From: Methylophilaceae bacterium
GTDB taxonomy: Bacteria; Pseudomonadota; Gammaproteobacteria; Burkholderiales; Methylophilaceae
DNA length: 64,000 nucleotides
Assembly: GCA_014378915.1 (NCBI GenBank)
Contig: JACMMS010000011.1
Location: 4,431-68,430 of the forward strand
Reading direction: 5' to 3'
Below the pieces are notes generated by a model that was not told where the DNA came from, searched no databases, and saw only the letters and a program-made list of their open reading frames with translations. How positions within the stretch are numbered: the stretch's first letter is position 1; the number at the start of each line of letters is the position of its first letter. Shown piece by piece: positions 55,269-64,000 of the stretch. Position numbers and translations under genes: made by a program.

Positions 55269-56087
55269 TTGAACATGCACATTAGTTTTATTGGCGGAGG
55301 GAATATGGCAGAAGCGCTGATTAGCGGCCTGCAAAAGCATCATTTTAACATGCGTCATATTCATGTAATCGAGCTAGATACCAACAAGCGTGAGCAATTA
55401 CATAGCACTTACGGCGTGGAGGCGAATGAGAGTATTGGTGATATTGCCAAATCTGATATTGTGATTCTCGCAGTTAAGCCACAACAGCTCAAGACCGTTA
55501 CAGCGAGCATTGCGCCATATTTAAAACAACAATGCATTATTTCAATTGCTGCAGGCGTACGACTAGCTGATTTAAGTCGTTGGTTAAATGATTATTTGAC
55601 GATTGTGCGCTGTATGCCCAATACACCAGCACAAATTCAAGCGGGGGTCACAGCGCTTATTGCAATGCCAAGTGTGACAAAAACACAAATTGAACAAGCC
55701 GATACAATTTTAAGCGCGGTGGGCAAGACGTTATGGCTAGATAACGAAGCCAAGTTAGACGCTGTCACCGCCATATCTGGCAGTGGGCCAGCCTATGTGT
55801 TTTACTTTATTGAGGCTTTGCAACTCGCGGCATTAGAATTAGGTTTAAATGAAAATGAATCACGGCTATTAAGCTTGCAAACTTTTGCTGGTGCCAGCGC
55901 TTTAGCCTCACAAAGCACCGTTGATGTAGCAACTTTACGCGCGCAAGTCACCTCAAAAGGTGGCACTACTGAACAAGGTTTACTCAGCTTACAAAATGCA
56001 CAGGTTAAAAGCGCTATTTTGGAGGCTGCAAAAGCCGCAGCAGCAAAGTCTGTGGAATTAGGTAATTTACTTAGCCAGTCTGGCTAG
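55269..56087 (+). CDS. proC: Pyrroline-5-carboxylate reductase
   Basis: ISFIGGGNMAEA, RCMPNTPA and SKGGTTE motifs. The start is probably ATG at 55275. Confidence 0.95.
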   Translation: MNMHISFIGGGNMAEALISGLQKHHFNMRHIHVIELDTNKREQLHSTYGVEANESIGDIAKSDIVILAVKPQQLKTVTASIAPYLKQQCIISIAAGVRLADLSRWLNDYLTIVRCMPNTPAQIQAGVTALIAMPSVTKTQIEQADTILSAVGKTLWLDNEAKLDAVTAISGSGPAYVFYFIEALQLAALELGLNENESRLLSLQTFAGASALASQSTVDVATLRAQVTSKGGTTEQGLLSLQNAQVKSAILEAAKAAAAKSVELGNLLSQSG

Positions 56088-56148
56088 TATTCAACCTCAA
56101 AAAATTAGCACTTACTACTCAAATATATACTTTAGGTTATTTTAAAAT

Positions 56149-56790
56149 ATGCTCACCAACTCTGTTGCAATTAACGCCTTAAGTTTTTTACTTGATACTA
56201 TTTTTGGCCTATTAGTGTTAGCCTTTTTAGTGCGATTTTTTTTACAACTCACACGCAGTTCATTTCAAAACCAATTAGCGCAAACCGTCATCATGGTGAC
56301 TAATTTTGCTGTCAAACCAATGCGCCGCTTGCTACCAAGCATACGTAATATTGATGTATCTACGTTACTACTTGCTTATATGAGCGAATGGTTATTGCAG
56401 TTAGGCCTGCTATCATTAAGAGACTTCCCCGTGCTTTTAGCTGGTAATCAGCTGTGGATCAGCCTAACTGGTTTAGCACTCATTGGCATTATTAAAACCA
56501 GCATTTATATTTTTATTGGTGCAGTATTAATTCAAGCGGTCATTAGCTGGGTGAGCCCTTACTCTGCTGTTTCACCCATGCTCAACACATTTACCGCTCC
56601 AGTACTCAAGCCTTTCCGCAAACTATTTACCTTAGCCAATGGCCTGGACTTTTCACCGCTGGTGTTTACCATTGCTGCGCAACTTATTATCATTAGTATC
56701 GTTCTGCCACTAGAGGCCTATTTTTCTGCTAGCTTATTTTTATATGCTGATTTAATCCAGCACCACTCTTTATATAAGAATATGGCTTAA
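56149..56790 (+). CDS. yggT: YggT family membrane protein
   Basis: 213 aa with two YGGT-type repeats and multiple TM segments. yggS-proC-yggT synteny. Confidence 0.85.
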   Translation: MLTNSVAINALSFLLDTIFGLLVLAFLVRFFLQLTRSSFQNQLAQTVIMVTNFAVKPMRRLLPSIRNIDVSTLLLAYMSEWLLQLGLLSLRDFPVLLAGNQLWISLTGLALIGIIKTSIYIFIGAVLIQAVISWVSPYSAVSPMLNTFTAPVLKPFRKLFTLANGLDFSPLVFTIAAQLIIISIVLPLEAYFSASLFLYADLIQHHSLYKNMA

Positions 56791-56793
56791 CTT

Positions 56794-58831
56794 ATGCAAA
56801 CCATCATACAAACAAAAATAATTGATTATCAAGTTTGGCGCGAGCATTTATCAACCACCATTATTGGCTATCGTGACTGGCTTAGCAAAAGTGGCACGAT
56901 ACAGGCTATGCAAGAATTGCGCATTTATGATGTATTAGAGTCACTCAAAAAAGATCAATTAGTGTTAGGGTTCGTGGCTGAGTTTTCATGTGGTAAAACT
57001 GAAACCATTAATGCCCTGTTTTTTCAGATTTAAATTGCAGACTTTTACCCAGTGAGCCAGGTCGAGCTACCATGTGCCCTACCAAGATTTATTGGGATGA
57101 CCGAGAAGAGCCGTGCATTAAAATATTACCCATTGAAACGTGTAGTTCTGATGACACACTCAACTATTTTAAAAAATATGCCAAATGCTTGGCAAAAAAT
57201 TCGACTGAATACCGAATCTGCACAAGAGATGAAAGAAGCATTAGTTGGGTTAATACAGCAAAAACAAGTCTCTAAAAAAGAAGCAGAAAAATTAGGCCTT
57301 TGGAGCGTTCAAGATAGCGGCATGATGCAAGAGTTATTGCACACAGGCTTAGTCAAAGTACACGTTTGGCGACATGCCATTATTAATTATCCACATCCGC
57401 TACTAAAAAATGGTTTGGCTGTCATCGATACGCCAAAGCTTAACGCATTGGGCGCCGAGCCAGAAATCACGCTGTCTTATTTTTAACAGCAACAGATACT
57501 GGCGTGACTAAGTCTGATATGCAGATTTGAAATAATTATATTAGCCGAGTCAACAATCATAAATTAGTCTTACTTAATAAAATTGATGTGCTTTGGGATG
57601 AAATCCGCACTGAACAAGAAATAGAAGCACAAATTGCCAAACAAATTTCCTCTACCGCTCAGATCCTAGGGATTAAATCGGATCAAGTGTTTGCAATTTC
57701 AGCACGACAAGCGCTTATTGCTAAAATCAAAAAAGATCAAAACCTGCTCAAACGCAGCGGCTTTGAAGAGTTTGAGTATATGTTGGCCGTAAGTATGCTT
57801 GATTCTAAACAGAGCATTATTGCAAAAACTGTAGTGGCACAATTTAGTGAAATGATGAAGGTTTCGCGCAAGCTTACTCAAACAGAATTAATAGCAGGGA
57901 AACAGCTATTAGACGAACTTAAAAACTTGCTGGACGAGCATGGTGGCATGTCCAAAATATTACTCGTTAAAGTCATCTCAGACCGTAAGCGCTATGAACC
58001 TTCTGTTCCTACATTTAATAAAGCTTACATAAAAATTATGTTTATTGGTGGCAAATTATTACGCCATTTAAGCTTGGCTTACTTAAACAAATCCATAGCA
58101 CAAAGCCGTTTAGATATTGATGAGAGCTGGACAACAATTGGCTTTAACCAAGTCATGCGCGGTCTTAGCAAACAAACCAGCGAGCTTGCTGAATATATAG
58201 CCAAGGAGAGCGCACTCATTAAAAAGCTCGCTGATAACATTTGCGATGTGATTCAATACAAGCATCACTTTGATAAATTAAGCCACCAGCGCTTAGCTTA
58301 GTATCATTTTTAAGTCGTATGCAAGCAATACAAAAAGTAACAGATGACTTTTGTGCAGATCTAATTAACTTGCTGACAGAAAAACATTTTTTAATTCGCA
58401 AATTTTACCTAGGTTTGTACAACGAAGCAAAAAAAATATTTCAGCAAGCCTATGTTGAATCTGAAAATTGGCTAAGGGACGTCATGAGCATACTAAAAAC
58501 GCAAATGGCAAACCACAAAGCTAACTTAGATCACCGCGTTAAAACATTGTCTGAGGTGTAAAGAAGTGCGAGAGAAATGAAGATAAAAATCACCGCTGCT
58601 GAAAAAACCTGTGCTGGGCTTACAGAACATTGCAGTACATTAGATGCCTTGCTGCTTGAACTATTTAGCGCAGTAAAATCAACTCAATTTACAGAAATAG
58701 AAACTGCATCAGATAATCAAACACCAACTTCAGCAAGTGTCAATTTGAAGCATGCCGCTATTTTAGATATGGCTAATTTAGATGAATGTGGTTTTAAGAA
58801 AACTATTATGTTAAACACCTCTTCGGAGTAA
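56794..58831 (+). pseudogene. Bacterial dynamin-like GTPase, inactivated
   Basis: G1-like FVAEFSCGKTETINALFF runs into TAA (57031-57033). G3 reads DTPK instead of DTPG. TGA at 57528-57530 replaces a likely Trp. G4 NKID is present. Fragments lie in all three frames. In-frame TAA at 58559-58561. Confidence 0.8.
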
Positions 58832-58835
58832 ACCT

Positions 58836-60296
58836 TTAAATTAACGCGATATCAAAGGCTTCTTGCGCAAACTGCAACTCAGCGTGAAGCGAAATTGGTT
58901 TACCAATAAAATCAGATAAATTTGCTAAACCTTGTGACTCTTCATCCAGTAGCAAGCCTATGACTTTAACACTGGCAATTACACGTAGCTCGCGTGCAGC
59001 AAATTGTTTAGCTTCGCGTAAAATCTCACGCATAATTTCATAACAAACGGTTTGCGCCGTTTTAATTTCACCACGGCCTTGACAAGTTGCACATGTTTCG
59101 CACAATAAATGCGCTAGGCTTTCACGGGTACGTTTACGTGTCATTTCTATTAAACCTAATGGGGTAAAACCATTAACACCTGTGCGTGAGCGATCAACAC
59201 TTACTGCTTTTTTTAGCTCTTCTAATACGGTATCGCGCTGGCTATCTTCATCCATGTCAATAAAATCTATGATGATAATGCCACCTAAATTACGCAATCG
59301 TAATTGACGGGCGAGACAATGTGCTGCTTCAAGATTTGTTTTAAAAATAGTGTCTGATAAATTTTTACCGCTGACAAAACTACCTGTATTCACATCGACA
59401 GTAGTCAGTGCTTCGGTCTGGTCGAATATCAAATAACCACCAGACTTAAGTTCAACTTTACGCGACATTGCTCTTTCGATTTCTTTTTCTACATTATAAA
59501 AATCAAATAAAGGGCGCTCACCTTGATAATGCACAAGATGATTTACCGCTTTGGCCACATAAAGCCCAGCAAAATTTGTGAGTTTTTGAAAAGTCTCGCG
59601 TGAATCAACCTTAATATTAGTCGTTGATTCGTTAACTACATCACGCAAAATACGTTTAGGTAAACTAAGATCGTGAAAAATCAGTGAGCGTTCTGGCGCT
59701 TGCTGGCTAGACTCTTGAATATTTCTCCAAACTTTTTGCAAATAATCTATATCTGCCAACAGCTCTGCATCACTGGCTGTTTCTGACATCGTGCGAATGA
59801 TGTAACCACCCACCCTGTCTTCTGGCAACAGCGAAATAAGCCGATTACGCAGTTGCTCGCGCTCGGTTTCATCTTCAATGCGCTGAGAAACGCCAATATG
59901 GTTTTGCTGTGGCAAATAAACCAAAAAGCGCCCTGCGATGCTTATTTCAGTAGTCAGCCTTGCGCCCTTAGTACTAATTGGCTCTTTAATCACCTGCACA
60001 ATGATGCTTTGGCCTTCGCGCAACACTTCTTGAATCGGCTTTTCTGGATTAGCAACATCATCAGTATGGCATTCCATGATATCAGCGGCATGTAAAAAAG
60101 CGGCCCGTTGCAAACCAATTTCCACAAAGGCTGATTGCATACCCGGCAATACGCGACAGACTTTGCCACGATAAATATTGCCTACAATACCTACCGACGA
60201 ACTACGCTCTATGTGCAATTCTTGCACAATGCCATCTTCCATTATCGCTACACGCGTTTCTTGTGGGGTGACATTAATTAAAATTTCTTGACTCAT
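58836..60296 (-). CDS. rng: Ribonuclease G
   Basis: 486 aa. N-terminal S1 domain (GNIYRGKVCRVLPGMQSAFVEIG) and RNase E/G catalytic core (DFIDM). Confidence 0.93.
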   Translation of the reverse strand: MSQEILINVTPQETRVAIMEDGIVQELHIERSSSVGIVGNIYRGKVCRVLPGMQSAFVEIGLQRAAFLHAADIMECHTDDVANPEKPIQEVLREGQSIIVQVIKEPISTKGARLTTEISIAGRFLVYLPQQNHIGVSQRIEDETEREQLRNRLISLLPEDRVGGYIIRTMSETASDAELLADIDYLQKVWRNIQESSQQAPERSLIFHDLSLPKRILRDVVNESTTNIKVDSRETFQKLTNFAGLYVAKAVNHLVHYQGERPLFDFYNVEKEIERAMSRKVELKSGGYLIFDQTEALTTVDVNTGSFVSGKNLSDTIFKTNLEAAHCLARQLRLRNLGGIIIIDFIDMDEDSQRDTVLEELKKAVSVDRSRTGVNGFTPLGLIEMTRKRTRESLAHLLCETCATCQGRGEIKTAQTVCYEIMREILREAKQFAARELRVIASVKVIGLLLDEESQGLANLSDFIGKPISLHAELQFAQEAFDIALI

Positions 60297-60912
60297 TGTT
60301 TACTTTCTCACACTTAATTTTTTTAATGCTTAATTTCTTAACGCTTAAATTTCTTAATATTTGCGCAGTTTCATATACTGGCAAACCCATCACGCCAGAA
60401 TAACTGCCTTCGATATTCTTAATCCATGCGCCAGCTAAGCCTTGTATACCATAGCTGCCGGCTTTATCTATGTGTTCGCCCATCGCAATGTAATCGTGGA
60501 TCATAGCATCAGTTAACGCCATCATCTCAACCAAAGTACTCGAAAGCGACACTTGAATTTCTTGATTAAAAACAACAGCAATCGCTGTATGTACTTCGTG
60601 TTGGCGCCCAGAAAAGCTTTTAAGCATAGAAAAAGCGTCAGCATCATTGATAGGTTTACCCAAAATCATGTCATCCAGTGCTACCGTCGTATCTGCCGCT
60701 AAAATCGGCATATTCAGGCATTCCTTACCTAATATTTTCTGACAAGAGATGGCTTTTTCGCGCGCTAAACGTAATACATAGTCTTTTGGCAACTCGCCTG
60801 CCAATACAGACTCATCAATATCCGCAGGCTTAATCAGACATTCAACGCCTATTTGCTTTAATAGCTCAACCCTTCTAGGTGAGCGCGAGGCCAAATAAAT
60901 AGTCTGTATCAT
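60274..60912 (-). CDS. maf: Maf-like nucleoside triphosphate pyrophosphatase
   Basis: IYLASRSPRRVELL, DTTV and KAGSYGIQG motifs. Overlaps the rng start by 23 nt. Confidence 0.9.
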   Translation of the reverse strand: MIQTIYLASRSPRRVELLKQIGVECLIKPADIDESVLAGELPKDYVLRLAREKAISCQKILGKECLNMPILAADTTVALDDMILGKPINDADAFSMLKSFSGRQHEVHTAIAVVFNQEIQVSLSSTLVEMMALTDAMIHDYIAMGEHIDKAGSYGIQGLAGAWIKNIEGSYSGVMGLPVYETAQILRNLSVKKLSIKKIKCEKVNNESRNFN

Positions 60913-61056
60913 TATGCTGCTTGTGCTACTTTCTTAATTTTGTTGGTTACCATAACAGAATCTGCGCCATAATAATACACAGCACGACAACGCAGATTAG
61001 CGGCTACATTTAACAAACTAGAAAAAAATAATACCCTTACCTTTTAGGCGCGATTC

Positions 61057-61692
61057 ATGATGGAATGGTCTTACCTACTTAAAATTGCTATTGCCTTATT
61101 TGCTATTGTGAACCCAATTGGTATCGTGCCTATTTTCATCACTGCAACAGACGGCTGGAGCGATAATGAGCGCAAAAAAACTAGTAAAACTATCGCGATT
61201 ACCGTATTTATTGTGTTGGTAGTTTCTACGGTTTTGGGCGATAAATTACTCGATTTTTTCGGTATTTCTATTCCATCATTCCAAGTAGGGGGTGGTATTT
61301 TACTCATGCTGATTGCCATTTCTATGATGCATGGTAAGCAATCGCAAGCAAGACAAACTGCAGAAGAAGCACAGACTTTAGCAGAGCGTGAGGTCATCGC
61401 AATTGTGCCATTAAGCATCCCTCTACTTGCAGGCCCTGGTGCAATGAGTAGTATGATTATTGCGGCACAACAACACCCTAGTTTTTTTAGCCATTTAACT
61501 TTAACTATCCCAGTGGCCTTAGTCAGTTTGCTAGCATGGCTCACACTCAGCTTATCAGGCGCCATTGCCAAGCAATTAGGCGTGATAGGAATTAATGTGG
61601 TGACTAGATTAATGGGCTTAATTTTATCCGCAATGGCAGTTGAATTTATCGCACACGGACTAGTTGGTTTATTCCCAAAATTAGCAAGTTAA
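61057..61692 (+). CDS. marC: MarC family (UPF0056) integral membrane protein
   Basis: 211 aa with six TM segments. FAIVNPIGIVPIF and PLLAGPGA motifs. Confidence 0.85.
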   Translation: MMEWSYLLKIAIALFAIVNPIGIVPIFITATDGWSDNERKKTSKTIAITVFIVLVVSTVLGDKLLDFFGISIPSFQVGGGILLMLIAISMMHGKQSQARQTAEEAQTLAEREVIAIVPLSIPLLAGPGAMSSMIIAAQQHPSFFSHLTLTIPVALVSLLAWLTLSLSGAIAKQLGVIGINVVTRLMGLILSAMAVEFIAHGLVGLFPKLAS

Positions 61693-61743
61693 GCCAGCCC
61701 ACTGTAAAATGATGTTTATCAGAAATAGTGAGCGAAGTTAAAC

Positions 61744-62193
61744 ATGACGTGGAAACCAAATACTACCGTTGCTGCTATTGTTGAGCAAAATGGAAAATTC
61801 TTGATTGTAGAAGAATCCACTGATCGTGGTAATCGCTACAACCAGCCTGCAGGTCATTTAGAAGACGGTGAAACGCTGATACAAGCAGTGATTCGTGAAA
61901 CCCAAGAAGAATCAGCTTATGGTTTTATACCTACCCATTTACTGGGTGTTTATCATTGGAAACTAGCGCAAAAAGATATTACTTACCTGCGCTTTGCATT
62001 TATTGGCAACGCGCATAGCCACCAAGCAACGCAAAAGTTGGATGATGGCATCATTCGCGCTGTGTGGCTAAGCGCAGATGAGATTCGTGATCTTGATCAA
62101 CAACATCTAACACGCAGTCCACAAGTGCTGACTTGCGTTGAAGATTATGTAAGTGGAAAACGTTTTCCATTGGAAGTAGTGACACATTTATGA
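61744..62193 (+). CDS. NUDIX hydrolase
   Basis: Nudix box [23 protein letters not shown]. 4-nt overlap with mnmA. Confidence 0.85.
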   Translation: MTWKPNTTVAAIVEQNGKFLIVEESTDRGNRYNQPAGHLEDGETLIQAVIRETQEESAYGFIPTHLLGVYHWKLAQKDITYLRFAFIGNAHSHQATQKLDDGIIRAVWLSADEIRDLDQQHLTRSPQVLTCVEDYVSGKRFPLEVVTHL

Positions 62194-63287
62194 GTAAAAA
62201 AAGAGTAGTCGTTGGCTTATCAGGTGGCGTAGATTCATCCGTCACCGCTTTGCTATTAAAGCAGCAAGGTTATGAAGTCACAGGTCTTTTCATGAAAAAC
62301 TGGGAAGATGATGATACGGATGAATATTGCTCATCCAAGCAGGATTTAATTGATGCCGTATCTATCGCTGACAAAATTGGCATTGATATAGAAGCCGTCA
62401 ATTTTAGTGCCGAATATAAAGACCGAGTATTTGCTAACTTTTTAAGCGAATATAAAGCTGGCCACACACCTAACCCAGATATTTTATGTAATGCCGAAAT
62501 TAAATTCAAAGCGTTTTTAGACCATGCAATGGAAATGGGCGCAGACTTAATTGCAACAGGGCATTATGCACAAGTGCGCGAAAACCCGATTCAAGCGGGG
62601 AAATTTCAGTTGCTAAAAGCAGAGGATGGCAGCAAAGATCAAAGTTATTTTTTACACCGTTTAAACCAAGCCCAGCTAAGCAAAACTCTGTTTCCACTAG
62701 GCACCTATCTCAAGCGTGAAGTTCGTGAAATTGCGCGTCAGGCAGGTTTAATTAATGCCGATAAAAAAGACTCAACTGGTATTTGTTTTATTGGCGAACG
62801 ACCTTTTCAGGAATTTTTAGCACGTTACTTGCCACGTGAACCAGGTGAAATGCAAACTCCAGCAGGCAAAGTTGTGGGTCAGCACGAAGGTTTAATGTAT
62901 TACACATTAGGCCAGCGCCAAGGTTTGAAAATCGGCGGTGCTAAAGATAGCAATGGCGAACCATGGTTTGTTGCGGCTAAAGATATGGAGAAAAATATTC
63001 TCACTGTGGTACAAGGTCATGAGCATCCGCTCTTGCTTAGCGATGGCTTAAAAGCTGGACAATTGCATTGGATTTGTCGTGAAGAACCAAAAAAAAATTG
63101 GGTTTATGCCGCTAAAACACGCTATCGCCAACCCGATGCACCATGTGAAATTGATGCATTGACTGCAGATGAAGTGATCATTAAATTTGGTCAAAAGCAA
63201 TGGGCCGTTACTCCAGGTCAATCTGCAGTAGTGTATGAGAGTAATGTTTGTTTGGGCGGTGGAATCATCAACAGTGCTATTTATTGA
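62190..63287 (+). CDS. mnmA: tRNA 2-thiouridine(34) synthase MnmA
   Basis: [15 protein letters not shown]-loop, TPNPDILCN and DSTGICF motifs. Confidence 0.95.
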   Translation: MSKKRVVVGLSGGVDSSVTALLLKQQGYEVTGLFMKNWEDDDTDEYCSSKQDLIDAVSIADKIGIDIEAVNFSAEYKDRVFANFLSEYKAGHTPNPDILCNAEIKFKAFLDHAMEMGADLIATGHYAQVRENPIQAGKFQLLKAEDGSKDQSYFLHRLNQAQLSKTLFPLGTYLKREVREIARQAGLINADKKDSTGICFIGERPFQEFLARYLPREPGEMQTPAGKVVGQHEGLMYYTLGQRQGLKIGGAKDSNGEPWFVAAKDMEKNILTVVQGHEHPLLLSDGLKAGQLHWICREEPKKNWVYAAKTRYRQPDAPCEIDALTADEVIIKFGQKQWAVTPGQSAVVYESNVCLGGGIINSAIY

Positions 63288-63350
63288 CAAAGCCAATTTA
63301 GTTCAAAAAATTAGTTTAAGACAAACTCAGTTAGAGAAAAGATAAGCACG

Positions 63351-64000
63351 ATGGAATTTATTTTTGGTTTAGGCTTACACGTTATTATTGCCTTGTTTTT
63401 TGCTGTGCACGCACTACGCACTGGTCGGCCTTTATATTGGCTGATTATCCTGTTCTCATTCCCAGGTTTAGGTAGTATTGCCTACTTTTTGACAGAGTAT
63501 TTACCTGCTAATAAACTTAATCGTGGCGTGCAGCAAGTATCAAAATCCGCGCTAAAACTATTAGACCCATCGCGCGAACTTCGTGATGCAGAACAGGCAT
63601 TTGATTTAACACCCACTGTACAAAATAGAATCCGCTTAGCTTCTGCATTGGATGAAGCTGGGAATTTTAAAGAAGCTGATGCTCAATTTGATGCCTGCTT
63701 ACAAGGGCCATTCGCCAATGACCTGGAGTTAAATTTTTTAGCCGCAAAAGCTAAACTACATAACAATTTGGCCTCGCAAGCGATTACCTTATTAACCAAA
63801 GTCAGAGAAATGCAAGCTGACTTTCGTGCGGAACAAGTAAGCTTACTATTAGCTAAATTATATGCTGCAACTAACAATGAGCCATTGGCGCGAGAAGAGT
63901 ATATTAATGCGCTCAATACTTTTGGCAGCACAGATAGCAAAGCAGAGTACGCTTTTTGGGCAGCTTCTATTGGCGATGTAGCCACCGCTAAAAACTTGCG
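63351..64000 (+). CDS. Membrane-anchored TPR-like protein, 3'-truncated by the window end
   Basis: The open frame from ATG 63351 runs to the window edge, so it has no stop and is absent from the ORF track. Two N-terminal TM helices (GLHVIIALFFAVHAL, YWLIILFSFPGLGSIAYF), then helical repeat-like sequence. Confidence 0.6.
   Translation, partial: MEFIFGLGLHVIIALFFAVHALRTGRPLYWLIILFSFPGLGSIAYFLTEYLPANKLNRGVQQVSKSALKLLDPSRELRDAEQAFDLTPTVQNRIRLASALDEAGNFKEADAQFDACLQGPFANDLELNFLAAKAKLHNNLASQAITLLTKVREMQADFRAEQVSLLLAKLYAATNNEPLAREEYINALNTFGSTDSKAEYAFWAASIGDVATAKNL

Noticed and set aside
61071-61571. 166-aa minus-strand ORF inside marC
   Set aside because: It is antisense to a membrane protein gene with clear MarC motifs. 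It is a shadow ORF.
1-64000. Possibility that all pseudogenes are sequencing or assembly artefacts
   Set aside because: This is not fully excluded. It is disfavoured for three reasons. Several lesions are base substitutions creating stop codons. Each affected gene has multiple independent lesions. About 55 neighbouring genes, including ones with long homopolymers, read through cleanly.
1-64000. Scan for CRISPR arrays, tRNA/rRNA genes, IS elements/transposases, integrases, toxin-antitoxin pairs or known defence genes
   Set aside because: None was recognised by eye. All intergenic regions are short or AT-rich without cloverleaf-like or repeat-spacer structure. A tRNAscan/Infernal/defence-finder run would be needed to be definitive.

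Overview
This is a 64-kb core chromosomal segment of an AT-rich proteobacterium, roughly 40% GC by eye. The RpoE C-terminus (...KLRPLLDTPENKRW) and the gene order look betaproteobacterial, but that placement is tentative. The layout also mirrors the Pseudomonas-type arrangement. About 55 intact, tightly packed housekeeping genes are present. In order: sixA-like/ppk; fbp-fba-tpiA; tcdA; acpS-pdxJ-recO-era-rnc-lepB-lepA-degP-rseC-rseB-rseA-rpoE divergent from nadB; slyD; mutS; a quinone reductase/arylesterase/alcohol dehydrogenase trio; galU; suhB divergent from trmJ; kdsB-ycaR-lpxK-msbA-exbD-exbB-(comEC)-lolD-lolC; ribE-ribBA-algH-ruvX-pyrR-pyrB-pyrC'; pilU-pilT divergent from yggS-proC-yggT; rng-maf; marC; nudix-mnmA. 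I recognised no rRNA, tRNA, CRISPR array, IS element, integrase or prophage gene. The unusual signal is gene decay. Six genes are multi-lesion pseudogenes: a CbbR-like LysR regulator, an SNase-like nuclease, a DUF3999-like/DUF2339-like envelope pair, ComEC and a dynamin-like GTPase. They sum to about 8.9 kb by my coordinates and sit among intact essential genes. I did not find a convincing intact multi-gene novel system. The best leads are: (i) an intact 565-aa orphan with a PilZ-like c-di-GMP signature upstream of lolC-lolD; (ii) an ExbB-ExbD pair without TonB embedded in the lipid A/Kdo export cluster; (iii) a ppk/SixA-like phosphohistidine phosphatase pairing; (iv) a dRS3-like palindromic element between degP and lepA. 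All family calls come from reading the translations and from memory of motifs. No searches were run.
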